64,000 nucleotides of DNA from Eledone cirrhosa (lineage: Eukaryota), in contig OZ024740.1 in the NCBI GenBank assembly GCA_964016885.1, forward strand, positions 12,090,001-12,154,000, written 5' to 3'. Within the stretch, counting starts at the first letter, position 1. Every line of letters begins with the position of its first letter. Below, piece after piece: positions 1 to 13,499 of the stretch. Both the position numbers and the translations under genes were made by a program. The notes under the pieces are model-generated. The model did no database searches and was not told the origin of the DNA. It saw only the letters and a program-made list of their open reading frames with translations.

Positions 1-3000
1 GACTTAGTCTATGTAGACCTGTTTAAACCTTGTTAGCCCTACTCCAGTACTGACTGGGTCGATATAGACCTATCTAACCCTTGTTAGCCCTACTTCAGTA
101 CTAACTTAGTCTATGTAGACCTGTCTAAACCTTGTTAGCCCTACTTCAGTACTGACTTAGTCTATGTAGACCTGTCTAACCCTTGCTAGCCCTATTTCAG
201 TACTGACTTAGTCTATGTAGTCCTGTCTGACCCTTGTTAGCCCCACTCCAGTACTGAAGTTGTCTATGTAGACCTGTCTAAACATTGTTAGCCCTACTTC
301 AGTACTGACTTAGTCTATGTAGACCTATCTAACCATTGTTAGCCTCACTCCAGTACTGATTTAGTGTATATAGACCTGTCTAACCCTTGTTAGCCCTACT
401 TCAGTATTGACAGGGTCGATATAGACCTGTCTAATCCTTGCGAGCCCGACTTCAGTACTGACGTGGTCTATGTAGACCTGTCTACCCTTGTTAGCCCTAC
501 TCCAGTACTGACTGGGTCGATATAGACCTGTCTAACCCTTGTTAGCCTTACTTCAGGGTTGACTGTGTCAATGTAGACCTGTCTAACCCATGTTAGCCCT
601 ACTTCAGTACTTACTTAGTCTGTGTAAACCTGTCCAACCCTTGCTAGCCCTACTTCAGTACTGACTTAGTCTATGTAGACCTGTCTAACCCTTGTTAGCC
701 CTACTCCAATACTGACTGGGTCGATATAGACCTGTCTAACCCTTGCTAGCCCTACTTCAGTACTGACTTAGTCTATGTAGACCTGTATAACCCTTGTTAG
801 CCCTACTCCAGTACAGACTTAGTGTATGGAGACCTGTCTAACCCTTTTTAGCCCTACTTCAGGGTTGACTGGGTCAATGTAGACCTGTCTAACCCTTGTT
901 AGCCCTACTTCAGGAGTGACATATTCTATGTAGAACTGTCTAACCCTTGTTAGCCCTACTTCAGTACTGACTTAGTCTATGTAGATGTGTATAACACTTC
1001 TTAGCCTACTCCAGTCCTGACTTAGTCTATGTAGACCTGTCTAACCCTTGTTAGCCCTACTCTAGTACTGACTTAATCTATGTAGACCTGTCTAACCCTT
1101 GTTAGCCCTACTGGAAGTACTAACTTAGTCTCTGTAGACCTGTCTAACCCTTGTTAGCCCTACTTCAGTACTGACTTAATCTATGTAGACCTGTATAACC
1201 CTTGTTAGCCCTACTCCAGTACTGACTTAGTCTATGTAGACCTATCTAATTCTTGTTAGCCTCACTCCAGAACAGACTTAGTGTATGTAGACCTGTCTAA
1301 CCCTTCTTAGCCCTACGTCAGTACTGACCTGGTTTATGTAGACCTGTCTAACCCTTGCTAGCCCTGCTTCAGTACTGACTTAGTCTATGTAGACCTGTCT
1401 AACCCTTGTTAGCCCTACTTTAGGGTTGACTGTGTCAATGTAGACCTGTCTAACCCTTCTTAGCCCTACTTCAGTACTGATTTAGTCTGTGTAGACAGTC
1501 TAACCCTTACTAGCCCTACTTCAGTACTGACTTAGTCTATGTAGTCCTGTCTGACCCTTGTTAGCCCCACTCCAGTACTGAAGTGGTCTATGTAGACCTG
1601 TCTAAACTTTGTTAGCCCTACTTCAGTACTGACTTAGTCTATGTAGAACTGTCTACCCATGTTAGCCCTACTCCAGTACTGACTGGGTCGATATAGACCT
1701 GTGTAACCCTTGTTAGCCCTACTTCAGTACTGACTTAGTCTATGTAGACCTGTCTAACCCTTGTTAGCCCTACTTCAGTACTGACTTAGTCTATGTAGAC
1801 CTGTCTAACCCTTGCTAGCCCTACTTCAGTACTGACTTAGTCTATGTAGTCCTATCTGACCCTTGTTAGCCCCACTCCAGTACTGAAGTATCTAACCCTT
1901 GCGAGCCCGACTTCAGTACTGACTTGGTCTATGTAGACCTGTCTAACCTTTGTTAGCCCTACTTCAGTAGTTACATAGTCTATGTAGAACTGTCTAACCC
2001 TTCTTAGCCCTACTTCAGTACTGACTGAGTCTATGTAGACCTGTATAACCCTTGTTAGCCCCACTTCAGTACTGACCTAGTCTATGTAGACCTGTCTAAA
2101 CCTTATTAGCCCTATTTCAGTACTGACTTAGTCTATGTTGACCTGTCTAACCCTTGTTAGCCCTACTCCAGTACTGACTGGGTCGATATAGACCTGTCTA
2201 ACCCTTGTTAGCCCTACTTCAGTACTGACTTAGTCTATGTAGACCTGTATAACCCTTGTTAGCCCTACACCAGTACTGACTGTTAGCCCCACTACAGTAC
2301 TGACCTGGTCTATGTAGACCTGTCTAACCCTTGGTAGCCCTACTTCAGGGAAGACTGGGTCAATGTAGACCTGTCTAACCTTTGTTAGCCCTACTACAGT
2401 ACTACTGACTTAGTCTATGTAGACCTGTATAACCCTTGTTAGCCCTACTTCAGTACTGACCTGGTCTATGTAGACCTGTCTAACCCTTGTTAGCCTACTC
2501 CTGTACTGACTTAGTCTATGTAGACCTGTCTAACCCTCGTTAGCCCTACTTCAGTACTGACTTAGTCTATGTAGACCGGTCTAACCCTTGTTAGCCCTAC
2601 TCCAGTACTGACTGGGTCGATATAGACCTGTCTAACCCTTGTTATCCCTACTTCAGTACTGACTTAGTGTATGTAGACCTATCTAATTCTTGTTAGCCCC
2701 ACTCCAGTACAGACTTAGTGTATGTAGACCTGTCTAACCCTTGTTAGCCCTACTTCAGTACTGACCTGGTTTATGTAGACCTGTCTAACCCTTGCTAGCC
2801 CTACTTCAGTACTGACTTTGTCAATGTAGACCTGTCTAACCCTTGTTAGCCCTACTTCAGGGTTGACTGTGTCAATGTAGACCTGTCTAACCCGTGTTAG
2901 CCCTACTTCAGTACTGACTTAGTCTATGTAGTCCTTTCTAACACTTGTTAGCCCTACTTCAGTACTGACTGGGTCGATATAGACCTGTCTGAGCCTTGTT

Positions 3001-4710
3001 AAACCCACTCCAGTACTGTCCTGGTCTATGTAGACCTATCTAACTCTTGTTAGCCCCACTCCAGTACAGACTTAGTGTATGGAGACATGTCTAACCCTTG
3101 TTAGCCCTATTTCTGTACTGACTTAGTCTATGTAGACCAGTCTAACCCTTGTTAGCTTTACTCCAGTACTGACTGAGTCGATATAGGCCTGTTTAACCCT
3201 TGTTAGCCCTACTTCAGTACTGACCTGGTCTATGTAGACCTGTCTAACCCTTACTAGCCCTACTTCAGGATTGACTGGGTCAATGTAGACCTGTCTAACC
3301 CTTGTTAGCCCTACTTCAGTACTGACTTAGTCTATGTAGACCTGTCAAAGCCTTGTTAAGACTACATCAGTACTGATTTAGTCTATGTAGACCTGTCTTA
3401 CCCTTGTTAACCCTACTTCAGTACTGACCTGGTCTATGTAGACCTGTCTAACACTTGTAAGCCCTACTCCAGTACTGACTTAGTCTATGTAGACCTGTCT
3501 AACCCGGTTTAGCTCTACTTCAGTACTGACTTAGTCTATGTAGACCTATCTAACTCTTGTTAGCCCCACTCCAGTACTGACTTAATGTATGGAGACCTGT
3601 CTAACCCTTGTTAGCCCTACTTCAGGGTTGACTGGGTTAATGTAGACCTGTCTAACCCTTTTTAGCCCTACTTTATTACTGACTTAGTCTATGTAGACCT
3701 GTCTAAACATTGTTAGCCCTACTTCAGTACTGACTTAGTCTATGTAGACCTGTCTAACCCTTGTTAGTCCTACTTCAGTGCTGACTTAGTCTATGTAGAC
3801 CTGTCTAACCCTTGCTAGCCCTACTTTAGGGTTGACTGGTCAATGTAGACCTGTCTAACCCTTGTTAGCCCTACTTCAATACTGACTTAGTCTATGTCGT
3901 CCTGTCTAACCCTTGCTAGACCTACTTCAGTACTGACTTAGTCTATGTAGACCTGTCTAACCCTTCTTAGCCCTACTTAAGTACTGACTTAGTCTATGTA
4001 GACCTGTCTAACCCTTGCTAGCCCCACTTCAGTACAGACTTAATGTATGGAGACCTGTCTAACCCTTGTTAGCCCTACTTCAGGGTTGACTGGGTTAATG
4101 TAGACCTGTCTAACCATTGTTAGCCCTACTTTAGTACTGACTTACTCTATGTAGACCTGTCTAATCCTTGCTAGCCCTACTTCAGTACTGAATTAAACTA
4201 TGTAGACCTGTCTAACCCTTGCTAGCCCGACTTCAGTACTGACGTGGTCTATGTAGACCTGTCTAACCTTGGTTAGCCCTACTTCAGTAGTGACATAATC
4301 TATGTAGAACTGTAAAACCCTTGTTAGCCCTACTTTAGTACTGACTTAGTCTATGTAGACCTGTATAACCTTTGTTAGTCCTACATCAATACTGACCTGG
4401 TCTATGTAGACCTGTCTAACCCTTGTTAGCCTACTCCAGTACTGACTTAGTCTATGTAGACCTGTCTAAACCTTGTTAGCCCTACTTCAGTACTGACTTA
4501 GTCTATGTACACCTGTCTAACCCTTGTTAGCCCTACTTCAGTGCTGACCTAGTCTATGTAGACCTGTATAACCCTTGTTAGCCCTACTTAAGTACTGACT
4601 GAGTCGATATAGACCTGTATAACACTTGTTAGCCCTACTTCAGTACTGACCTGGTCTATGTAGACCTGTCTAACCCTTGCTAGCCCTACTTTAGGGTTGA
4701 CTGGTCAATG

Positions 4711-4764
4711 TAGACCTGTCTAACCCTGTTAAACCTGTCTAACCCTGTCTAACCTTGTTAAACC
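4711..4764 (+). repeat. Local ~10-bp micro-array inside one monomer (TAGACCTGTC TAACCCTGTT AAACCTGTCT AACCCTGTCT AACCTTGTTA AACC)
   Basis: Read directly. The (T)AACCCTGTC-like unit is repeated about five times in place of the normal monomer middle. Confidence 0.8.
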
Positions 4765-7700
4765 GACTCCAGTACTGACCTGGTCTATGTAGACCTATCT
4801 AACTCTTGTTAGCCCCACTCCAGTACAGACTTAATGTATGGAGACCTGTCTAACCATTGTTAGCCCTACTTCAGTACAGACTTAGTCTATGTTGACCTGT
4901 CTAACTCTTGTTAGCCCTACTCCAGTACTGACTGAGTCGATATAGACCTGTATAACCCTTGTTAGCACTACTTCAGTACTGACTTAGTCTATGTAGACCT
5001 GTCTAACCCTTGCTAGCCCTACTTCAGTACTGACTTAGTCTATGTAGACCTGTCTAACCCTTGTTAGCCCTACTTCAGTACTGACCTGTTCTATGTAGAC
5101 CTGTCCAACCCTTGTTAGCCTACTCCAGTACTGACTTAGTCTATGTAGACCTGTCTAACCCTTGTTAACCCTACTCCAGTACTGACTTAGTCTATGTAGA
5201 CCTGTCTAACCCTTGCTAGCCCTACTTCAGTACAGACTTAGTCTGTGTAGACCTGTCTAACCCTTGCTAGCCCTACTTCAGTACTGACTTAGTCTATGTA
5301 GTTCTGTCTGACCCTTGTTAGCCCTACTTCAGTACTGACTGGGTCGATATAGACCTGTCTAATCCTTGTTAGCCCCAATCCAGTACTGACTGGGTCGATA
5401 TAGACCTATCTAACTTTTGTTAGCCACACTCCAGTACAGACTTAGTGTGTGGAGACCTGTCTAACCCTTGTTAGCCGTACTTCAGTACTGACTTAGTCTA
5501 TGTAGACCTGTCTAACCCTTGTTAGCCCTACTCCAGTACTGACTGAGTCGATATAGACCTGTATAACCCTTGTTAGCACTACTTCAGTACTGACCTGGTC
5601 TATGTAGACCTGTCTAACCCTTGCTAGCCCTACTTCAGGGATGGCTGGTCAATGTAGAACTGTCTAACCCATGTTAGCCCTACTTGAGTACTGACTTACT
5701 CTATGTGGACCTGTCTAACCCTTGTTAGCCCTACTTCAGTACTGACTTAGTCTATGTAGACCTGTCTAACCCTTGTTAGCCTTACTTAAGTACTGACTTA
5801 GTCTATGTAGACCTGTCTAACCCTTGCTAGCCCTACTTCAGTACTGACTTAGTCTATGTAGACCTGTCTAAACTTTGTTAGCCCTACTCCAGTACTGACT
5901 GGGTCGATATAGACCTGTGTAACCCTTGTTAGCCCTACTTCAGTACTGACTTAGTCTATGTAGACCTGTCTAACCCTTTTTAGCCCTATTCCAGTACTGA
6001 CTGGGTCGATATAGATCTGTCTAAACCTTCTTAACCCTACTTCAGTACTGACTTAGTCTATGTAGACCTGTATAACCCTTGTTAGCCCTACTTCAGTACT
6101 GACAGGGTCGATATAGACCTGTCTAACACTTGCGAGGCCGACTTCAGTACTGACGTGGTCTATGTAGACCTGTCTAACCTTTGTTAGCCCTACTTCAGTA
6201 GTGACATATTCTATGTAGAACTGTCTCACCCTTGTTAGCCCTACTTCAGTACTGACTGAGTCTACGTAGACCTGTATAACCCTTGTTAGCCCTACTTCAG
6301 TACTGACTTAGTCTATGTAGACCTGTCTAACCCTTTTTAGCCCTATTCCAGTACTGACTGGGTCGATATAGATCTGTCTAAACCTTCTTAACCCTACTTC
6401 AGTACTGACTTAGTCTATGTAGACCTGTATAACCCTTGTTAGCCCTACTCCAGTACAGACTTATTGTATGTAGACCTGTCTAACCCTTGTTAGGCCTACT
6501 TCAGTACTGACCTGTTTTATGTAGACCTGTCTAACCCTTGCTAGCCCTACTTCAGTACTGACCTGGTCTATGTCGACCTGTCTAACCCTTGTTAGCCCTA
6601 CTTCACTACTGACTTAGTCTATGTAGACCTGTATGTCCCTTGTTATCCCTACTTCAGTACTGACCTGGTCTATGTAGACCTGTCTAACCCTTGTTAGCCT
6701 ACTCCAGTACTGACTTAGTCTATGTAGACCTGTCTAACCCTTGTTAGCCCTACTTCAGTACTGACTTAGTCTATGTAGACCTGTCTAACCCTTGTTAGCC
6801 CTACTCCAGTACTGACTGGGTCGATATAGACCTGTCTAAGCCTTGTTAGCCCTGCTTCAGTACTGACTTAGTCTATGTAGACCTGTATAACCCTTGTTAG
6901 ACCTACTCCAGTACTGACTTAGTGTATGTAGACCTATCTAATTCTTGTTAGCCCCACTCCAGTACAGACTTAGTGTATGTAGACCTGTCTAACCCTTGTT
7001 AGCCCTACTTCTGTACTGACCTGGTTTATGTACACCTGTCTAACCCTTGCTAGCCCTACTTCAGTACTGACTTTGTCTATGTAGACCTGTCTAACCCTTG
7101 TTAGCCCTACTTCAGGGTTGACTGTGTCAATGTAGACCTGTCTAACACTTGTGAGCCCTACTTCAGTACTGACTTAGTCTATGTAGACCAGTCTAAACCT
7201 TGTTAGCCCTACTCCAGCACTGACTGAGTCGATATAGACCTGTTTAACCCTTGTTAGCCCTACTTCAGTACTGACCTGGTCTATGTAGACCTGTCTAACC
7301 CTTGTTAGCCCTACTTCAGTACTGACCTGTTCTATGTAGACCTGTCTAACCCTTGTTAGCCTACTCCAGTACTGACTTAGTCTATGTAGACCTGTCTAAC
7401 CCGGTTTAGCTCTACTTCAGTACTGACTTAGTCTATGTAGACTTTTCTAACTCTTGTTAGCCCCACTCCAGTACAGACTTAATGTATGGAGACCAGTCTA
7501 ACCCTTGTTAGCCCTACTTCAGGGTTGACTGGGTTAATGTAGACCTGTCTAAACCTTCCTAGCCCTACTTCAGTACTGACTTAGTCTATGTAGACCTGGC
7601 TAACCCATGTTAGCCCTACGTAATTACTAACTTAGTCTATGTAGACCTGTCTAACCCTTGCTAGCCCCACTCCAGTACAGACTTAATGTATGGAGACCTG

Positions 7701-10170
7701 TCTAACCCTTGTTAGCTTTATTTCAGGGTTGACTGGATTAATGTAGACCTGTCTAACCCTTGTTAGCCCTACTTTAGTACTGACTTAGTCTATGTAGACC
7801 TGTCTAACCCTTGCTAGCCCTACTTCAGTACTGACTTAATCTATGTAGACCTGTCTAACCCTTGCTAGCCCGACTTCAGTACTGACGTGGTCTATGTAGA
7901 CCTGTCTAACCTTTGTTAGCCTTACTTCAGTAGTGACATAGTCTATGTAGAACTGCAAAACCCTTGTTAGCCCTACTTTAGTACTGACTTAGTATATGTA
8001 GACCTGTATAACTCTTGTTAGCCCTACATCAATACTGACCTGGTCTATGTAGACCTGTCTAACCCTTGTTAACCTACTCCAGTACTGACTTAGTCTATGT
8101 AGACATGTCTAACCCTTATTAGCCCTACTCGAGTAGTGACTTAGTCTATGTAGACCTGTCTAAACCTTGTTAGCCCTACTTCAGTACTGACTTAGTCTAT
8201 GTAGACCTGTCTAACCCTTGTTAGCCCTACTTCAGGTTGACTGTGTCAATGTAGACCTGTCTAACCCTTGTTAGCCCTACTTCAGTACTGACTTAGTCTG
8301 TGTAGACCTGTCTAACCCTTACTAGCCCTACTTCAGTACTGACTTAGTCTATGTAGTCCTGTCTGACCTTTGTTAGCCCCACTCCAGTACTGACTGGGTC
8401 GATATAGACCTGTCTAACCCTTATGAGCCCTACTTCAGTACTGACTGGTTCGATATAAACATGTCTAACCCTTGTTAGCCCTACTGCAGTACTGACTGAG
8501 TCGATATAGACCTGTATAACCCTTGCTAGCCCTACTTCAGGGTTGACTGGTCAATGTAGACCTGTCTAACCCATGTTAGCCCTACTTCAGTACTGACTTA
8601 TTCTATGTAGACATGTCTAACCCTTGTTAGCCCTACTTAAGTACTGACTTAGTCTATGTAGACCTGTCTAAGCCTTGCTAGCCCTACTTCAGTACTGACT
8701 TAGTCTATGTAGACCTGTCTAAACCTTGTTAGCCTCACTTCAGTACTGACTGGGTCGATATAGACCTGTCTAACATTTGTAAGCCCTACTTCAGTACTGA
8801 CTTAGTCTATGTAGACCTGTATAACCCTTGTTAGCCCTACTTCAGTACTGACCTGGCTATGTAGACCTGTCTAACCCTTGTTAGCCCTATTTCAGTACAG
8901 ACCTGTTCTATGTAGACCTGTCTAACCCTTGTTAGCCTAATCCAGTACTGACTTAGTCTATGTAGACCTGTCTAACCCTTGTTAGCCCTACTTCAGTACT
9001 GACGTAGTCTATGTAGACCTGTCTAACCCTTGTTAGCCCTACTCCAGTACTGACTGGGTCGATATAGACCTGTCTAACCCTTGTTAGCCCTACTGCAGTA
9101 CTGACTTAGTCTTGTAGACCTGTATAAACCTTTTTAGCCCTACTTCAGTACGGACCTGGTCTATGAAGACCTGTATAACCCTTGTTAGCCCTACTTCAGT
9201 ACTGACGTGGTTATGTAGACCTGTCTAACCCTTGTTAGCCCTACTTCAGCAGTGACATAGTCTATGTAGTCCTGTCTAAGCCTTGTTAGCCCTAATCCAG
9301 TACTGACTGGGTCGATATAGACCTGTCTAACCCTTGTTATCCCTACTTCAGTACTGACTTAGTCTATGTAGACCTATCTAATTCTTGTTAGCCCCACTCC
9401 AGTAAAGACTTAGTGTATGTAGACCTGTCTAACCCTTGTTAGCCCTACTTCAGTACTGACTTAGTCTATGTAGACCTGTCTAACCCTTGTTAGCCTACTC
9501 CAGTACTGACTTATTCTATGTAGACCTGTCTAAGCCTTGTTAGCCCTACTCCAGTACTAAATGGGTCGATATAGATCTGTCTAGCCCTTGTTAGCCCTAC
9601 TTCAGTACTGACTTGGTCTATGTAGACCTGTATAACCTTTGTTAGCGCTACTTCAGTACTGACCTGGTCTACGTAGACCTGTATAACCCTAGTTAGCCCT
9701 ACTTCTGTAGTGACATAGTCTATGTAGTCCTGTCTAACCCTTGTGAGCCCTACTCCAGTACTGACTTAGTCAATGTAGACGTATCTAATTCTTGTTAGCC
9801 CCATTCCAGTACAGACTTAGTCTATGTAGACCTGTCTAACCCTTGTTAGACCTACTTCAGTACTGACTTATTCTATGTAAACCTGTCTAAGCCTTGTTAG
9901 CCCTACTCCAGTACTGACTTAGTCTATGTAGACCTGTCTAACCCTTGTTAGCCCTACTTTAGTACTGACCTGCTCTATGTAGACCTGTCTAACCCTTGTT
10001 GGTCTACTCCAGTACTGACTTAGTCTATGTAGACCTGTCTAACTTTTGTTAGCCCTACTCCAGTACAGACTTAGTCTATGTAGACCTGTCTAACCCTTGT
10101 TAGCCCTACTTCAGTACTGACTTAGTCTATGTAGACCTGTCTAACCCTTGTTAGCCCTACTTCAGTACTG

Positions 10171-11798
10171 ACCTGATCAATGTAGGCCTGTCTAACCCGT
10201 GTTAGCCCTACTTCAGTACTGACTTAGTCGATATAGACCTGTCTAACCCTTGTAAGGCCTACTTCAGTACTGACTTAGTCTATGTAGACCTGTCTAACCC
10301 TTGTTAGCCCTACTTTATTACTGACCTGGTCTATGTAGACCTGTCTAACCCTTGTTCGTCTACTCCAGTACTGACTTAGTCTATGTAGACCTGTCTAACT
10401 TTTGTTAGCCCTACTCCAGTACAGACTTAGTCTATGTAGACCTGTCTAACCCTTGTTAGCTCTACTTCAGTACTGACTTAGTCTATGTAGACCTGTCTAA
10501 CCCTTGTTAGGCCTTCTTCAGTACTGACCTGGTCTATGTAGACCTGTCTAACCCTTGTTAACCCTACTTAAGTACTGACTTAATCTATGTAGACATGTCT
10601 AACCCTTGCTAGCCCTTCTTCAGTACTGACTTAGTCTATGTAGACCTGTCTAAGCCTTGTAAGCCCAACTTCACTACTGACTTAGTCTATGTAGACCTGT
10701 CTAACCCTTGTTAGCTTTACTCCAGTACTGACTGGGTCGATATAGACCTGTCTAACCCTTGTTAGCCCTACTTCAGTACTGACTTAGTCTATGTAGACCT
10801 GTCTAACCCTTGTTAGCCCTACTTCAGTACTGACCTGGTCTATGTAGACCTGTCTAACCCTTGTTAGCCTACTTCAGCACTGACTTAGTCTATGTAGACC
10901 TGTCTAACCCTTGTTAGCCCTACTCCAGTACTGACAGGGTCGATATAGACCTGTCTAACCCTTGTTAGCCCTACTTCAGTACTGACCTGATCAATGTAGG
11001 CCTGTCTAACCCGTGTTAGCCCTACTTCAGTACTGACTTAGTCGATATAGACCTGTCTAACCCTTGTAAGCCCTACTTCAGCACTGACTTAGTCTATGTA
11101 GACCTGTCTAACCCTTGTTAGCCCTACTTTAGTACTGACCTGGTCTATGTAGACCTGTCTAACCCTTGTTAGTCTACTCCAGTACTGACTTAGTCTATGT
11201 AGACCTGTCTAACTTTTGTTAGCCCTACTCCAGTACAGACTTAGTCTATGTAGACCTGTCTAACCCTTGTTAGCTCTACTTCAGTACTGACTTAGTCTAT
11301 GTAGACCTGTCTAACCCTTGTTAGGCCTTCTTCAGTACTGACCTGGTCTATGTAGACCTGTCTAACCCTTGTTAACCCTACTTAAGTACTGACTTAATCT
11401 ATGTAGACATGTCTAACCCTTGCTAGCCCTTCTTCAGTACTGACTTAGTCTATGTAGACCTGTCTAAGCCTTGTAAGCCCAACTTCACTACTGACTTAGT
11501 CTATGTAGACCTGTCTAACCCTTGTTAGCTTTACTCCAGTACTGACTGGGTCGATATAGACCTGTCTAACCCTTGTTAGCCCTACTTCAGTACTGACTTA
11601 GTCTATGTAGACCTGTCTAACCCTTGTTAGCCCTACTTCAGTACTGACCTGGTCTATGTAGACCTGTCTAACCCTTGTTAGCCTACTTCAGCACTGACTT
11701 AGTCTATGTAGACCTGTCTAACCCTTGTTAGCCCTACTCCAGTACTGACAGGGTCGATATAGACCTGTCTAACCCTTGTTAGCCCTACTTCAGTACTG
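10171..11798 (+). repeat. Tandem duplication of a 16-monomer block (period 814 bp)
   Basis: ACCTGATCAATGTAGGCC occurs at 10171 and 10985. Shared rare variants TTAGGCCTTCTTC, GTAAGCCCAACTTCACTAC, TTAGCTTTAC and GACAGGGTCG follow in the same order. Confidence 0.85.
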
Positions 11799-13499
11799 AG
11801 TTAATCTATGTAGACCTGTATAACCCTTGTTAACCCTACTTCAGTACTGACCTGGTCTATGTATACCTGTATAACCCTTGTTAGCCCTACTTCAGTACTG
11901 ACCTGGTCTATGTAGACCTGTCAAACCCTTGTGAGCCCTACTCCAGTACTTACTTAGACTATGTAGACCTGTCTAACCCTTGTTAGCCCTACTTCAGTAC
12001 TGACTTAGTCTATGTAAACCTGTCTAACCCTTGTTAGCCCTACTCCAGTACTGACTTAGTCTATGTATACCTGTCTAACCCTTGTTAGGCCTACTCCAGT
12101 ACTGACTTAGTCTATGTAGACCTGTCTAACACATGTTAGCCCTACTTCAGAACTGACCTGGTCTATGTAGACCTGTCTAACCCTTGCTAGCCCTATTTCA
12201 GTACTGAGTTATTCTATGTAGACCTGTCTAACACTTGTTAGCCCTACTTCAGTACTTACCTGGTCTATGTAGACCTGTCTAACCCTTGTTAGCTCTACTT
12301 CAGTACTGACTTAGTCTATGTAGACCTGTCTAACCCTTGTTAACCCTACTCCAATACTGACTGGGTCGATATAGACCTGTCTAACCCTTGTTAGCCCTGC
12401 TTCAGTACTGACTTAGTCTATGTAGACCTGTATAACCCTTGTTAGCCCTACTTCAGTACTGACTTAGTCTTTGTGGACCTGTCTAACCTCTGTTAGTTCT
12501 ACTTCAGTAGTGACATAGTTAATGTAGAACAGTCTAACCCTTGTTAGCCCTACTTCAGTACTGACTTAGTCTATGTAGACCTATCTAAGTCTTGTTAGCC
12601 CCACTCCAGTACAGACTTTATGTATGGAGACCTGTCTAACCCTTGTTAGCCCTACTTCAGGGTTGACTGGGTTAATGTAGACCTGTCTAACCCTTGTTAG
12701 CCCTACTTTATTTCCTAACTTAGTCTATGTAGACCTCTTTAAACATTGTTAGCCCTACTTCAGTACTGACTGAGTCTATGTAGACATGTCTAACCCTTGT
12801 TAGTCCTACTTCAGTGCTGACTTAGTCTATGTAGACCTGTATAACCCTTGTTAGCCCTACTTCAGTACTGACTGAGTCGACATAGACCTGTATAACCCGT
12901 GTTAGCCTTACTTCAGTACTGACCTGGTCTATGTAGACCTGTCTAACCCTTGCTAGCCCTACTTTAGGGTTGACTGGTCAATGTAGACCTGTCTAACCCT
13001 TGTTAGCCCTACTTCAATACTGACTTAGTCTATGTAGACCTGTCTAACCCTTGCTAGCCCTACTTCAGTACTGACTTAGTCTATGTAGACATGTCTAACC
13101 CTTGTTAGCCCTACTTAAGTACTGACTTAGTCTATGTAGACCTGTCTAACCCTTGCTAGCCCCACTCCAGTGCAGACTTAATGTATGGAGACCTGTCTAA
13201 CCCTTGTTAGCCCTACTTCAGGGTTGACTGGGTTAATGTAGACCTGTCTAACCATTGTTAGCCCTACTTTAGTACTGACTTAGTCTATGTCGTCCTATCT
13301 GACCCTTGTTAGCCCCTCTCCAGTACTGACCTGGTCTATGTAGTCCTGTCTAACCCTCGTTAGCCCTACTTCAGTACAGACCTGTCTAACCCTTGTTAGC
13401 CCTACTTCAGTACTGACCTGGTCTATGTAGACCTGTCTAACCCTTGTTAAACCCTACTTGAGTAATGACTTAGTCTATGTAGACCTGTCTAACCCTTGT

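Noticed and set aside
1852-2064. Minus-strand ORF of 70 aa with 17-aa repeats (VSTEVGLTRVRQVYID-x)
   Set aside because: The monomer is 17 codons long, and the only stop in this frame is TAA from the major GAC-TTA-GTC loop. Any run of monomers with other loop triplets gives a chance ORF. The start codon is non-ATG (GTG) and there is no gene context.
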